Assembly (NCBI GenBank): GCA_034780895.1
Contig: JAUZTB010000066.1
Location: 22,816,963-22,880,962, forward strand
Reading direction: 5' to 3'
Origin: Rhynchobatus australiae
Lineage: Eukaryota
Length of the DNA stretch: 64,000 nt
In this document: positions 35,328 to 49,429 of the stretch, in pieces
Numbering within the stretch: the stretch's first letter is position 1
How the letters are laid out: each line of letters starts with the position of its first letter
Notes under the pieces: generated by a model
Databases searched by the model: none
What the model was told of the DNA's origin: nothing
What the model saw: only the letters and a program-made list of their open reading frames with translations
Made by a program: the position numbers and the translations under genes

Positions 35328-37320
35328 AAATGCTGAACTAGGAGGTGAAAGTGCCTTAAAGGAATTTAGACACACAGGGGAGCTTAAAAAGCTGAGAAGT
35401 GCCTGGTTAAATGTGGGCTTTTTGATGCAGGACTGATGGTGACAACTAGAAGAAGGTTGGTGCCTGAACAAAGGGAATCATTGACAATGTAGGTAAACAC
35501 GGAGTGTAGCACTGGTCAGAAATTGGCTGGATGCAAGTCAGAGGGACAGGGTGTGAGTCTCAAAGAAAACAAGAGCGAAGCTGCAGAGTGCTGGGAGTTG
35601 GGTTAGGATTAGGGGGAGCTAGCAGCACAATATAAACTTGAAAGCAATTTTAAGGTAGGTTCAGCAACCTTTGAAAAAACCCACTTCCTTTCGATTGCCC
35701 CACATCAAACCCTACCTCCTATGGCAGCACAAGGTACTTCATAATGCTATTCCCCCTCCATTCCTTTCCCTTTCTATATGCAATTAGATTATGCTAGTCT
35801 CCATGTTTCATAATAATTTCTTGGTGTATGTTACATTATGGCTGGTTTGCTTGCCACTACAATGATCCAGCAAAGGCACCAGGGGGACATTTCAGTCAAC
35901 TGTCTCTGTTTATAAGTCAGTGAATGGGCTTGATTATTATCTGTATTGAATTTCATGGTGCAGACCTTTTGCACCTGTCATTGAGAGAACTAATGTCAGT
36001 AGACAGAGACATCATTTTGTGGTTTGTTTTTAGTGCAGATGGAAGTGACAGTGTAATATAGACCACCTACTGACCCCAAATTACAAGAGCAGATCTAAAA
36101 AAGGCCTGTGTATGTTATCAGACTAGCATTTCATACATGAGAAGTCATATCATAGGGTGGCAAATGTTTGCTGGAAATTAAACACTTCTGTAGAGTGTCA
36201 TAAAACCTCTGACTGATCATTAATCACCCTTCAGTATCTATTACCTCAACTTCTCTATCATAAAGCCTATGGATAACTCAGGTCATGACACTCATAGATT
36301 CTGTGCAATCACGCAGCTGTGCTGTGTCCACCCCTTGAGTCCTGAGCAGACTAGATAACATTTAATAATAATTTTGGGGTCACAGTGGTCTCTTTAATGT
36401 ACCTATTTGAATAATGTGATTATTCAAATGTGTTATGCATCTTAACATTTATGTAACCCCTCCCACATCATTGACATTATTTCTTCTGGCACTCACCCCA
36501 GTCTGAGTCATGGCTGAATTCTTGGGAGGGTTGAGGCTCAATTGGATTGAGCAACATTTCTCTATCCTTTATTTTTGTTACATTCTGATGATTGAATATT
36601 CCTTTGCCTCATGTACCTGATCCTCTTAGGCAGGTTCTTATCCAAGAGGAAGCAGTCAGAACCATTCAGAGCAGCTTTCAAACCAAGCTAGTTTTAGTTC
36701 AGATCTTCATCTGTTGTGAGCTCTTTGACATTGCAGGATTGCCTCGAGATATGAACTGAAGCTCGAGACAATGGTAGAGTGTAATTCTGAATGTACTTGT
36801 CTGAACTTACAGCTCCAGTTGAGTTCTCCTACTGATATTATTTTGGAAGCTTAGAGTACCATTGGAGTTACTGACCAATCTGTGGTTGTTTCATTTGTTA
36901 TTTCAGCTGAGAGGAGAGTGAAAGTTGAGTTCATTGTGCACCAGCCACATGTGGTACTCTTCCTCACAGACCACACTACCATCACTGCCCCAACCCCTCT
37001 TCACCAACCACTTCACAGATCATGCAATAAGATCTCAAGCTTCCAAGTACATAGATTTAAACATAAGGAAATTCAAAATCCAAGCCTTTAAACCATGGGT
37101 AGTTTGAATATCTTTCAACAAACTTGATAATATTGACGTTAATACTCTTAAATAAAAAGGAAGCTGTGGTTGATGTCCAGATGGCAGCACTTATTCCACC
37201 AATATTAATGTTTACAATCACACTCACAATGTTTATCTAAGGTAAGCAAAATCTAATCATTTTACTTTCCCTTATCTTGTGAATGGCTCCTCATTCTGAA
37301 GCTTCATGACCTTTATGACA

Positions 37321-37845
37321 TAGGAAGGATGTGGAAGCGTTGGAAAAGGTGCAGAGGAGAATTACCAAGATGCTGCCTGGTTTAGAGAGTGTGCATTATG
37401 AAGAGCGACTAAGGGAGCTAGGGCTTTACTCTGTGGAGAGAAGGAGGATGAGAGGAGACATGATAGAGGTGTACAAAATATTAAGAGCAATAGATAGAGT
37501 AGACAGCCAGCATCTCTTTCCCGAGGCACCCATTCTCAATACAAGTGGGCATGGGTTTAAAGTAATGAGTGGGAAGTTCAAGGGGGATATCAGAGGAAGG
37601 TTTTTGTTTTACCCAGAGAGTGACTGGGGCATGGAATGCACTGCCTGGGATGGTGGTGGAGGTGGAGGCAGGTACATTGGTCAAATTCAAGATATTGCTA
37701 GATAAGCATATGGAGGAATTTAAAATAGAGGGATATGTGGGAGGAAGGGGTTAGAAAGTCTTAGGTGTGGTTTAAAGGTTGGAACGGCATTGTGGGCCGA
37801 AGGGCCTGTATTATGCTGTACTGTTCTATGTTCTATGATTCTATG
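37321..37845 (+). mobile_element. Relatively young 5'-truncated CR1 with probable TSD
   Basis: ORF EALEKVQRRITKMLPGLE..LRELGLYSVERRRMRGDMIEVYKI; ttctatg tail repeats; flanks atgacctttatgaca (37306) / atgaccttctaatgaca (37843). Confidence 0.95.
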
Positions 37846-38264
37846 ACCTTCTAATGACACTGAGCCATTCCTCATCTTAAAAAGTTATGTCCATTTTTTC
37901 CTTAGACTTCAGAAGAAACAAGTCATCCATACCAATGCAACCCTTAATTGTAAGATTGAGGTCAATTGGTTGTTGTTGATGGGGGCCAGACATATTTGGT
38001 TTGTTACCTGGCTTTCCAAGGTATTCACGATTTTCCAGATGTCTCCTGCTTGAAGTGAGTTTCTTAGTGTTTGCTTCTACCATTCCCTACAACTTCTCTA
38101 GCATCTGGGGTTGCTGGCCTTACAGAGAAGCCCACATCCAGTGCTTAAATAAAATATGGGATTATTGTCTGAGTTGAACTCGATGGTGAGTTTATACAAA
38201 GGAAATGATAAATGAGGCAGTTGTTATTGAGATTGGATAAGTATTAGAGCTATTACAGAGAAGG

Positions 38265-38345
38265 GACTTGCATTTACGCTGCACCTTTCACAACTTCAGT
38301 ATGTCCCAACATGATTTACAGCCTATTAAGCCCTTTCAAATTGTA
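38265..38345 (-). mobile_element. L2/DeuSINE-type 3' tail
   Basis: gacttgcatttacgctgcacctttcacaacttcagtatgtcccaacatgatttacagcc is the reverse complement of the tail at 50210-50275. Confidence 0.6.
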
Positions 38346-39349
38346 TTTATTATTGTATTGTTGGACTAAGAGGCTGAGGTAATTAGTAGCTTTGTTGTTT
38401 TAATGCTTTGGTTTTGATCCAGAATAGCTGAATTACATGTGGACACCTGAGCTCTGCCTGAGGATTGTGTGCCTTATTTTTTGCTCTTGCTTGCAAAACT
38501 AAAAATATGAGTACATTAAATGTAATTGTCCCAAGTCCCAGTACATAAAGCCTCTCTGATTGATTGGCCCCAGTGCCCTGGCCAGATGGTTCACAGTTGA
38601 GCTGTATGTGGTCATATCCAGGGTGTCAGTGTTATTCAGTGGAGACTTGTGGCTGGGGATGACAGAAAGCTCCACTAATGAGAGCTTAGTTAGCTGCCTT
38701 TCTTTTCCATAGTGAAGAATTTTGACATCCTGTCCCAGTAACCTGATCACGCGTACTGCTTTTAGAATTTAGACCTAAGACTTAGCCTCAGCAGGGAGGA
38801 TGACAGCTGTCAGAAAAAGATAGCAGTATGCACATACTGGCTGTTACAATCCATTCATTCATCCTTTCACAAATGGTTGCCCAGAGCTTGACACTGTGGT
38901 TTACAGTCCACTGGTTTGTTGGCAAGAGACATACAAACAGACGCAAGGTCGATCTGTGAGCTTACAGAGACTGCTTTGAAAGGTTTAAAAGACCCAGTCT
39001 CTATTTCTTCATTTATGAAGCCTTGATATTTTAAAAGAAATACTAAAACAAAGCTGTAAAAAAAAACTGAAGGTTCCTGAATATCCCTCAATGGGATAGC
39101 TCAACATAAATTCAGGAATCAAATCTAACCTTGATTTGTTAAACACCACCTCCACTCTTCACTACGCACTGCCCTCCCCACCCCCTCCGTCCCATTCCCA
39201 CCACTGCCACCACATTTTAAGCTATTTGGAGATGCGTTTGATCATGCACAATGTGTTTAGATCTTATACCTTGGACGTCAGCTATTTTTCCATTGATTTT
39301 CCTCAAGCACAGTGGGGCAACTAGAAAAAAGTGTGAATGTTAGAAATTA

Positions 39350-39520
39350 GAAATAAAAACAGAAGCTGCACAGCAGGTCGATCAGCATCTCAAACAGAAA
39401 AGAACTTTAATATTTCATAGGCTTTCCAGGGGTTCTGGACAAGTATTATTCCTGCAACCTTAACATTTCTTTCACTTTTCTGCTCTGATCGAGTTGCATT
39501 TCCAGCATCTTTTGTTTGTA
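39350..39520. mobile_element. Old Penelope-derived fold-back
   Basis: aaataaaaacagaagctgcacagcaggtcgatcagcatct .. ctgatcgagttgcatttccagcatcttttgtttg. Confidence 0.55.
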
Positions 39521-40869
39521 GTTGCATCAGGTTTACAGCATTACTGAAGGGTCATTTACTTGTGCATGTTTATCTTTGGTAGGGTGTACTAACACTCACT
39601 GCACAATTTAAGTAATGGAAAAAAACTTTGCAGTGTAAGGATCTTGTGAAATTCCCACCCTATGCTACAGAGAGGATTCTACAACATGGGCATCATTGTA
39701 GAAATAACCACTCTAGCATTCATGGTCATTCAAGCTTTTTAATGAAGACTGTGATACCCTATTGTACAGACCTGGCCCAGTGGCTGAACTTAGCCTGTAC
39801 AGGCAACTAATATGCAGATTAAAGTTGAGGGTATTTTGTATGATCTTTGAGGGCAGACTAAAATTAGAAGAGTCTTTTAGGAAAGAGTACTGACAATCAA
39901 ATGCAGTGGACAAACTGTAGGTTTACAGGGCCATAAATGAGTTCTGACAAAATTATTCACCAGGGACTGACCTCTCCAGATTTAAGTAATAAAGCCTGGA
40001 TCTGTAGAATGCAATATCAGTGAACTTGAGTCTTTTTCTTTTTAGAACATTCCATTATATCATTACACCTAACGATGATTTCATATGCCACTGTTTCCAT
40101 GAGCTTCAGTAGAATACACTGCTGATTTAGTGGTTTTCAATCCAGATTTCAGAAAGACAATCAATTCATGTTCAGAATAGGTTTTGCTTTGAAGAGTGTG
40201 CAAAGGAAAAATTGATCTTTACAGTGGGTGGTCTGTTAATGTATTCAGAGGTGATAATGCATCTAGTTTTCTGACTATAGTTTGCGGATGTATGTATGTC
40301 CAAACTAGCAATCTGCTTGAGCTGAGTACATAATACACAGAAAAATGGGAGGAAAAGCATATTTCCATTTCACTGTCAGTGTTACTGACCCTCTGGAGGA
40401 CCTTTGGAAAACCACCCTGAGATGGCTCTACATCCTTCAATAGCACAGACTTGATTATATTTGCTATGCATAGCACAGAAAAATGTCCATGATATTCCTT
40501 GGTGATCTTCCACATTGATTTACTTCATGGACATTCACTAAGGTTATAACTGGCCAGGCCAGGGCCAATTTTCACATAAAGAGTTAAGCATCTGAAAATG
40601 TTCTTTGCCTTTCTTTTCTGTTCACCCTTATCACCTTTCCCATTCCCACAAGCAAAAGGAAAGAAAGGGCCATTTCTGGAATTTAGTTTCCCTACTATGG
40701 GCTGGAGGTACTGTAATGCAGAAGAAGATTGTATTTATTGCAGCAATTGTACAATAATGCACATCCTTTGACCACGTATTTTTTTGTTTGTTTAAGTCTG
40801 GACTAGGCATTTGAAGTCCCTTCACTATAGCAGCACTGCTGCAGCTCTGATCACAATGTTGCAGGCATG

Positions 40870-41330
40870 TGATGACACAGGAGAGGTGCAGAAAAGATTA
40901 ATGAAGATGTTGCCAGAACTGGAATATCAGCTAAGGTTGTTTGCTTTCAAATTGAAAAGGCTGAAGAGGGAGTTAATTGAGGTGTATAAAATCATGAAGA
41001 GCACAGATAATGAGGAAGGACTTGTTCGCCTTAATATTGGAGTTAAAAACCAGGGGTCATAGATTTATAGTAATTAATAAAAGGATTAGAGGGGAAGTGA
41101 GGAAGAATTATTTCATCCAAAGGGTGGTAGGAACCTGGAACTCACTGCCAGAAAGGGTGGTTGAGGCAGAAATCCTCATTACTTTTAAACAATTTGGATG
41201 TGTGCTTTAAAAGCCATGACTTGCAGCACTCTGTAGCAAATGCAGGGATGCAGGATTGGTTGAGTTATTGATGAACAAAGAAATGAGGGCTGAGTTGCTT
41301 CTTTCTGTGTCCTAAATTTTCAATGATTCA
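40870..41330 (+). mobile_element. CR1 LINE 3' fragment
   Basis: EVQKRLMKMLPELE..KRELIEVYKIMK and KTRGHRFIV..RKNYFIQRVVGTWNSLPERVVEAE. Confidence 0.9.
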
Positions 41331-41709
41331 CTGCCACTCGTAGCATCAATGTCAAAGGCAGAGCCTTCACCCAACCCAAGAGAAAATCACACTCTACATT
41401 ATTCTGAAATGTTAAAGAAAAAAAATTGGTCTTGCTGGCAACTTCATTTCAGTGTGTGAGAGAAGAGATATCCAATTAGATCCAGATTCAATTTCCTTAT
41501 TTCTGACCAGGATAGATCTGCAAGTTTGCAGGGTTTAGATACCTGCTTGCACACATATTTGTTTGTCCCACATTATTGCAGAATGCTTTCAATTATGTGC
41601 AAGTCAAAAATATAAAGGGGCTTCTGTTGACCATACTTTGTTACCTAGACCATTACGTGAAAGGTGACTGTTCTAATCTGTTCATTGCGCATTGATTTAT
41701 ATTGAAGGG

Positions 41710-42392
41710 TATTGGTTTATTATTGTCACTTGTACCAAGGTACAGTGAAAAACTTATCTTGCATACCGATTGTACAGGTCAGTTCATTGCACAATGTGGT
41801 TACATTGAGTCAGTACAGAGTGCATTGATGTAGTACAGGTAAAAACAACAACAGTACAGCGTAAAGTGTCACAGCTACAGAGAAAGTGCAGTGCAATAAG
41901 GTGCAAGGTCACAACAAGATAGATCGTGAAGTCATTGTCCCTCTCATTGTATAAAGGAACCTTTCAATAGTCTTATCACAGTGGGGTAGAAGCTGTCCTT
42001 AAGACTGGTGGTACGTGCCCTCAGTCTCCTGTATTTTCTACCCGATGGAAGAGGAGAGAAGAGAGAATGTCCTGAGTGGGTGGGGTCTTTGATTATGCTG
42101 GCTGCTTCGCCAAGAAAACGAGAGGTAAAGACAGAATTCAAGGAGGGGAGGCTGGTGTCTGTGATGTGCTGGGCTGTGTCCACAACTCTCTGCAGTTTCT
42201 TGTGGTCCTGGGCAGNNNNNNNNNNNNNNNNNNNNNNNNNNNNNNNNNNNNNNNNNNNNNNNNNNNNNNNNNNNNNNNNNNNNNNNNNNNNNNNNNNNNN
42301 NNNNNNNNNNNNNNNGTCTGGGAGGCTGGAGTTGATGTGTGCCATGACCAGCCTCTCAAAGCACTTCATGATGGTGGATGTCAGAGCCACTG
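41710..42392 (-). mobile_element. Rex1/Babar LINE, 5'-truncated, RT core hidden in a gap
   Basis: ALTSTIMKCFERLVMAHINSSLP and KKLQRVVDTAQHIT..IIKDPTHSGHSLFSPLPSGRKYRRLRARTTSLKDSFYP. Confidence 0.92.
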
Positions 42393-43944
42393 ATGCCCAG
42401 ATAAGTTGAAGAAAATATTACGTTCAAGTTGATGGATGTCACTACTGGAGGCAATCGAGATAATCATATTCTCCACTGTATCTGCATCATTCAACTTTGC
42501 GTTCGTGGAACAGGTTCTAATTGCCCAACAGAATGGCTTAATCCTGTTCTCTGAGTGACATATCCCACTGGTCCATTGTGACACTTCCACTTCCCAAATC
42601 AGCCTCTAAGTGATGAATTACAGGCAGCATATGGATTCTCGCCCACAGTTAACTGGATTGAACCTAAATCTAATCATATTTTGATGGAAGAAAAAGTGAA
42701 AAATGAGTGATAGTTCCTCTACCAGCTTCCATTCTTAAAATCATCTGCAAGAGACGTGCACAGTGAATGTGAGGAAACTTTCACCCTGTGTTGGAAAGCG
42801 CAATTTAAGTAGAATTGCATTAATTACAATGCTTCTGAGTAAACAGTGTTGGAGCAGTTTTATACCCTTAGGTCAAAATGTTTCAGGTAAAGTTGTGGGC
42901 AGACTGCACTTAATTGGTGAATGTAATAATACAAGTTTTAAATGACTTTAAAACTTTTGACTGAGGTAGATGAGAAATTTGGCTTTTACCACACAGAGCA
43001 ACTGCTGCCCAGCTGTTCTTGGTGTTGTCCCACCTCCTACAACAAAGGAACTGAAGAGCTGCAGCACTGGTTGAAATGTCCATGTTTTACAGGCTGAACA
43101 AGCGTAATGCTCCATGTCATGTGTCACATCTGCTCATTGTAGGGAAGGTTCGCTGTTGAATTTTCTCGCGCAGCCTATCATGCTGCAATGCCAATGTGAA
43201 CAATGGAAATATGAAAAGGATGTAACTGTACAAGATATGAACACAAATTATGAGTGTTGAATTTTCAATACCAAATGTGGACAGGGAAGCAAATGGAAAT
43301 ATAATGCTGACATTCTGNNNNNNNNNNNNNNNNNNNNNNNNNNNNNNNNNNNNNNNNNNNNNNNNNNNNNNNNNNNNNNNNNNNNNNNNNNNNNNNNNNN
43401 NNNNNNNNNNNNNNNNNGACATTCTGATTCATAAACCATTTATTGCATGGGGCAATAATGTATCTGGATGGGCTCCAGTACCAGGCATTTTCCCTGAAAT
43501 TAGACATTTTTAGCAACATATTGTGATTATTTCCAGACTTTAAGAACAGAAGAATGCAGGTGAACACAATTGAAAGATCGACAGAGTAGGAAACATTTGT
43601 AATATTAAATGGTGGGTTTTCCTTTCTTCTTTTGAGATAAGACTTCAGTGGAACTCTTTCAGAAACTGCAAAATGAAATGTCCTGCTTCTGATGGCTTGT
43701 GCCAGTCTCTAAAACTGTATGTTCCTTATCGCCTCTCACGGTGCTTTAAAGGCTTTCTTCTTTTGTGTTTCTTTCCTGATAGTTTTCTTTCCTCAAGAAG
43801 CAATGCACAGGTCTGAAAGTTTAATGAAATGGGCCTTAATATCAAGGTTGCTGCATTGCGAAGGTGATCAATTTAAACTTTATTTGTGCCTAGCTTTGGT
43901 CAGGCCTCGCCAGGAGAATGAGGTTCAGTTTATACACCATACTC

Positions 43945-44510
43945 CATGAAAGGTGGAAGGAATATGTCGCCAATTCACCAGAAAGATGTCTAAGCTTCGT
44001 GGGTTAAATTATGATTTGTTTCATAAACTTTGCTTTTGTGTCTTGTGTATAGAAAATTGAGGGGTGAGCTAATTTAACACTTTAAAATAGCCAAGTGATG
44101 AAAGGATAAATACAGATAAGATATTTCCTCTGGAAATAAAAGAAATCATGGAAATCCACTAAATGATCACTCTCTAATGTCAACAAGAGCAAATTTCAGG
44201 CTTTGCCTTTTTTCTTATAAAGGGCTGCCCGATTCTAGAATGAGAAGGCATAATCTTAACATTAAAGCCTTTTAATATTGAAGCTAGGAGAGTCCTGTTT
44301 ATGCAAAAGGCAGTGGAAGTCTGTTGCGAGCTGAGGATGCTGCTTGAAATGAGATTTAAAGGTGGAGATCAATTATTTTATAATTGAGTGTGGGTATTAA
44401 GCAACAAGGGCAAGTTCATGGAATTGTGGTTGGTCATCCCTGGTTTACATTGGTCCATCTGAATGGCAGAACATACTGAAGAGCTTGAAAGGCTTGCTCC
44501 TTGTCCCATG
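43945..44510 (+). mobile_element. Old CR1 3' fragment with a ~100-bp insert (44133-44230)
   Basis: ttcaccagaaagatg..aaattgaggggtgagctaatt..tatttcctctgg, then tctagaatgagaaggcataatctt, and tail gaatggcagaaca..ggcttgctcct. Confidence 0.65.
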
Positions 44511-46799
44511 GCCTTCATTACTGCTCTTCCTGTCTTAGATATGGTTCTTGTATCCTGTGGCCCGTGATGACTTCCAGTGTGATTATTGGAAAAGAAGAAA
44601 CACGCAGAACTGGATGTTAAACATGGCTTGCTGAATTAGGTGATCTTGCTCTAAAAGCAGATATGTGTGACCCTCTGCAAATTGGGTTGTTTGTACTTGT
44701 GACTGCAGGTCCATCCCTCTGTTCTCCCTGAAATTCAAGTATCATTTCATTATATAACTTTAATTGCCAGAGTCAGTATCGTCGGCATGTTTTGTAAAGC
44801 TTATTGAACTGTCAAGAGTTGGCATTTAAAGCAAAACAAAACTTCAGTTGTTAATAGTCGCATAGTTTAAGGGATTTGATTTGTAGATTCAGCTAAGGTA
44901 CTAACTATAAATAGTGTAAGCATGTTACTTACACTGGATAATGTATTGAATCCAACAAGCTAAAGGGATGTGTGGAAGTTATAAACCTGGAAATCACTGT
45001 TAACAATCCACACACTTAACACAATGTTCCTTTGTCAGCTCTTTTAATGTAAGTTTTTTCTCTGTTTATTTTAAATGGATTTACACCTCGGCTAAAATAG
45101 CAGACAGAAAAATTTCAGCAGTTCTCTTAGTGATTCTCCCTGAATGTTGCCAAGAGTAAATTTTACCTCAGTATTTTTAATAATGGAAATTTAGTAGGTT
45201 TCATAGTTCAGATTCAAACCTAATGTAGAGTGGCATTAACCTATTACTTTTTTTAAAAAACCTCATTTGCCACTTTTATGGTATCTCGACTCTCAGTTCA
45301 GTACTGTTCTAATTAAATGTCAACTTAACGAGCTTGATCACAGTTTCCAGCTCTTTAAAAGTAACTGTTCGTGTAGGTGGATTTTCACTGTTTGACACCA
45401 TTGACTTGGTGTTGTAGAACCATTCAGCACTTTGATTGGGAGTTTTAATTGAGCTTCTCTTCTACAATTCCCTGCGGATGGAACAGATTGTTTTAGTATT
45501 TCTGTTTCTTTTAAGTTACTATTTTGCCTTTTCCTAGCATGTAAAAACAGGCTCTATTTCCTTTTTAGCTCCACAGCCACCATCTTTAACTACATTTATT
45601 TAGATTGTCCTCTAAATTATCATGCTGGAACATGTAGGAGATAATGGCCTGTTGATCTGATTGCAGGCAGATTTGCAATCCATTGAGGCAGATGCAACTA
45701 CCTTTTCCCCCAAGCTCAATCTTCTGGAGATTTCTAAGAATACGTTCATCACTAAACTGGGAAAATCAAGCTGTTCTTAACTTTGCACTGATTTTTCAGA
45801 TTCAGTCCTTGTTTCTTTATCGCTTGAAAATTAGAATTGTAATACTGTCATGCAGCGTCAAGTCTGTACTTTTTACCTCAAATCTATCAATCGTCAAACC
45901 ATGAATGGATGGAACTTAGCTCAGTTACAGATGGGACTTTTTGAGATGAAAATACACTTACTTTTTTTCAAAATGCAAAACAACTGGACTTTGAACCTGG
46001 TGGAACAAAGGGGCTAGTGGTAGAAGTGCTGGAATGAGCGTAACACCATATAGGGAGGCTACTGAACCGACCCATCCACACGTCTCTACCCAGCCTCCGG
46101 AGTTGTTTGTCATTCCCATAAAAATCAGCTCTACTGTCTAAATGAGACTCTCGGTGAATGGATCCCTTCTCAAAAGCACGGCTCCCAAGGAAGAATGCTC
46201 ACAAGTTTTCTGAGCAGTAGTTCCCAATTAACTGCTGGAGATACTNNNNNNNNNNNNNNNNNNNNNNNNNNNNNNNCCTCACAAACACAACTTACCCCAC
46301 CCGGATAAATTGGCAGGTGTAGCATGTTTCACATCTAGGGGACCGGAATGCCAGAGAAAGGTGGGAGTTGCTACAATCACATCAGGTGATTGAGAAACAA
46401 GGGAGTTCTTAGTTTTCATTCCCCTCTCTAGCATAGCAACATCAACAAAGTTACAGAGATTCCTAGAGATTATCCTCCTGTCCCTAGAAATAATTTCTCA
46501 GAAGTTATTTCATAAAATGTACAGTAACTATCATGCTGAGACAAATACAGCCACCCAGCCAATTGAGGAATTGGACCAGATTCCTGGATCTCACTGGCTG
46601 TTTCTACCCACAATAAACAGAACACTTAATACACCAAGAATAGCAATTTAAAAATCATAGCCAAGTAGTGTATACTTGGCTGAGGAGCCAATAGTGTGAA
46701 GCTACCATCCGTGTGATTATGATTGAGTGCCTCTAAGTCAAAATTCCCCCTAATTTTGACATCTTAAAAAAGAAAATACAGCAAGGTTTCCATATTTCC

Positions 46800-47040
46800 T
46801 CACGGCACAGAAGAAGGCCGTTCTGCCCATCAAGCCTATATTGGTGCACAGAATAATCCAATTCTCCCTATTCTAACCAGATTCTGTGGGATATAGGAGG
46901 AAATTGGAGCACCCGGAGGACACCAACATGCTCACAGAGAGAACATACAAACCTTCATGCAGGCAGAGGGGGTCAGGATTGAACCCGGTTTGCTGGTACT
47001 GTGAGGCAGCAGCTCGACTAGCTCCGCCATTGTGCTGCCC
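46800..47040 (-). mobile_element. V-SINE with CR1-type tail
   Basis: ggaggaaattggagcacccggagga..caggattgaacccgg..gaggcagcagctc..tgtgctgccc. Confidence 0.82.
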
Positions 47041-47549
47041 TGGTGGAAAAAAAAACCTTTGTCTGTGGCTGGTTTTACACACTTATGATTCTTCCATCAT
47101 GTGATAAGCTGGCTGATTTCACCTGGAACTGCCATGAGTTGCTATGTTCTATTGAGCATAGAAATCAGTGAGGATTCCTCTTCCCAATCATGATTAAGTG
47201 ATTTTTAATGTTGAATGGTGGACAGCCACGGGCTCCTGCCTGTCTGCCATGCCTCTATGCTTGACTGAGCTGCCCATGTAGAATGTTGATCTGGGCTTGT
47301 GCATTGGTCAGCAACTATGGACAGGGAAGGGGAAACAGTTACCAGAGAGAAATGGCATGGCATTTAGGAAATGCCAGGTTATGGTAATATCACTGATCAA
47401 ATCTGAAATATAACATTTGTATGAGCAACTGGTACAACATCCAGCCTAGGTTTCTCTTGCCTGTTGCTCGAGTTTCTTTTGACTGTTTAAGCGTTCATTA
47501 AAGATGTTTCATTCCAAGTGTGTTAGTGACAATTCTATGGCCTGGGAAT

Positions 47550-47625
47550 GTGATAATTAACTGCTGCAAAAGTAAAAATGATAACTACTTGCAGTTAATT
47601 ATCACTTAGCGCTCCTCACTAAGTG
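47550..47625. repeat. Perfect 15-bp inverted repeat plus adjoining 7-bp hairpin
   Basis: gtgataattaactgc (47550-47564) / gcagttaattatcac (47591-47605); cacttag..ctaagtg (47603-47625). Confidence 0.88.
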
Positions 47626-47749
47626 CCACATTCTAGAAAGCATTTATCATCTAAACTGTAGAATGAATAAGAACATAGGAGGGTAGCCAACTTGGCCAAA
47701 AAGGTGGTTGTGTGGATTAAGCAATGAGTCTGTTGTGGAGTTTTGCAGT

Positions 47750-48090
47750 TGGACCATGTGGATCATGATATGGGACAGTTCAAGACCATTCTGTGGGACA
47801 GTATAAGATCATGAAGCAGGACAATGCGGTGCTGCGATGTAGGATATTGCAGTGTGTACTCTGGGACAGTGCAGAATTCTGCTGTGGGACAGAGTGGTAC
47901 ATATGGTGCCATGCTGTGAGATGGTGAGAAACTGTGAGCGATGGGGTGTGCGACGGTGAGAGACAGGGTGTGGAATGGTGAGAGGTGTACAAGAGATGAA
48001 TGAGAGATGGTGTGTTGGTATGGGATGGTGTGTAGGACTGTGTGGGTCAGTGAGAGACAGCACGTGGGACAGTCAGAGATGGAGCGAAAT
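47750..48090. repeat. Decayed G-rich minisatellite (~10-bp units like tgtgggacag / tgtgagatgg)
   Basis: tgggacag recurs five times; gtgaga and gatgg variants are interspersed. Confidence 0.65.
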
Positions 48091-49429
48091 TCACTTTCAG
48101 CAGGGGTGCAAATTGGGCAGTGATAAGTAAGTCTCCCTTCGTGTAACCCACACACTGTTCTCTGGAACTAGACCTGGTCACACTGACTTTTTAGTTAATC
48201 ACCAGTTGCGAGTTTGCTGTCTGCCCTCTGTCTCCTAATTGTGTAGCCTCCCCCTCAGCAAGTACCATCAGCTCTGTTTCTCAGATTGCAATGCACAGTG
48301 ATTGCATTTAGCTTTCTTCACAACTTGTTAAGCTAATAATTGCTGCATTCTCTCAACTCAGTTATTAAAACTGAAAAATAATCTCCTGATTGGACGAGCA
48401 ACAAAAAAGGAATCAGATGTCACTGTGATTTAGTAATTTTGCTGAGGTACCTTGTAGAATCTTACAGCTGTGTAGCCAAGTGCAGACCCACATAGTTTTT
48501 AGAGCTTTTGGTTTCTGGTTTGTTCAATTTAACACCGACTCTGAATTTTTGAAATCAATAGAAATATATAGATATTTCCCAATTAAACATGAAAACTAGA
48601 ACCAGAGAAACAATTGGTTGATATGTGAATAGATCTATTGCCAAACATTATCATGTGTACTCAAATTATGGAATACAGAGAATTATTTGCATAAGGAAAA
48701 TTCTCCTTTGCAGCATCCTGATTAAATTGATACATTTGTGAGAGAGTTTGTGGATGGGAGTCCCTTGACTTTTCCGTAAAAATTGCAAGTCAAAAGATAG
48801 TTGATATTTCTGTTACAACTGGCTGTACATTTGGAATTCTCCTTGCAGGCTATCGCCCATCCTAGGAAAATTGGTTAATTACTTCTTTTGATGATAAGAT
48901 GTTATATTGAATTATAGATCTGAGGTCTAATGAGTCAATTCAATAATTGAGAGCTTTAGACACATAATAATTTGTAATGGTCAGGTTTGTGCACATTTCT
49001 ATGCAGAGTGATTCCAATGACTTGAGACAGCACAACAAACTGACAGTACAACAGGACAAGCAGATTTGCATCTGAATTCCCTCTGCCCATCATGATTTGA
49101 TATCCCTTTATACTCTTGGCTGACAATAATCTATGAATCTCAGTTTTTTAGGGAGTGAGTTCTAGATTTTCACTATCTTTTTGGTGCAGAAACAAGTGGA
49201 AATACTGAAACTAAACTCATGGCTGATTTGGCAGATGTAGATTTAATGCGACCCTTTTCCTTCCTGCCTGTGAGCTGCTCTTGACTACTTAAGTTGATAC
49301 ATTGAGATGACCATAAACTATTCTTGACATCCTGTGTTCCTCTGGCTAACCTTGCTTTCCATTTTAACGTTATGGATAACCAAGGAGAGGGATATTTAAG
49401 ACAGTGGGGAAATTAAGTTGTAATAGTCA

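Noticed and set aside
35139-35471. 110-aa ORF with a poly-Glu stretch
   Set aside because: Translation of the pyrimidine-rich loop and inverted repeat; no domain or splice support
37331-37754. CR1 ORFs as a functional gene
   Set aside because: 5'-truncated and frameshifted LINE end
47750-48090. Recurring tgggacag with variable spacers, superficially CRISPR-like
   Set aside because: Repeats are too short and irregular, spacers resemble the repeat, there are no cas genes and the context is vertebrate; a decayed minisatellite
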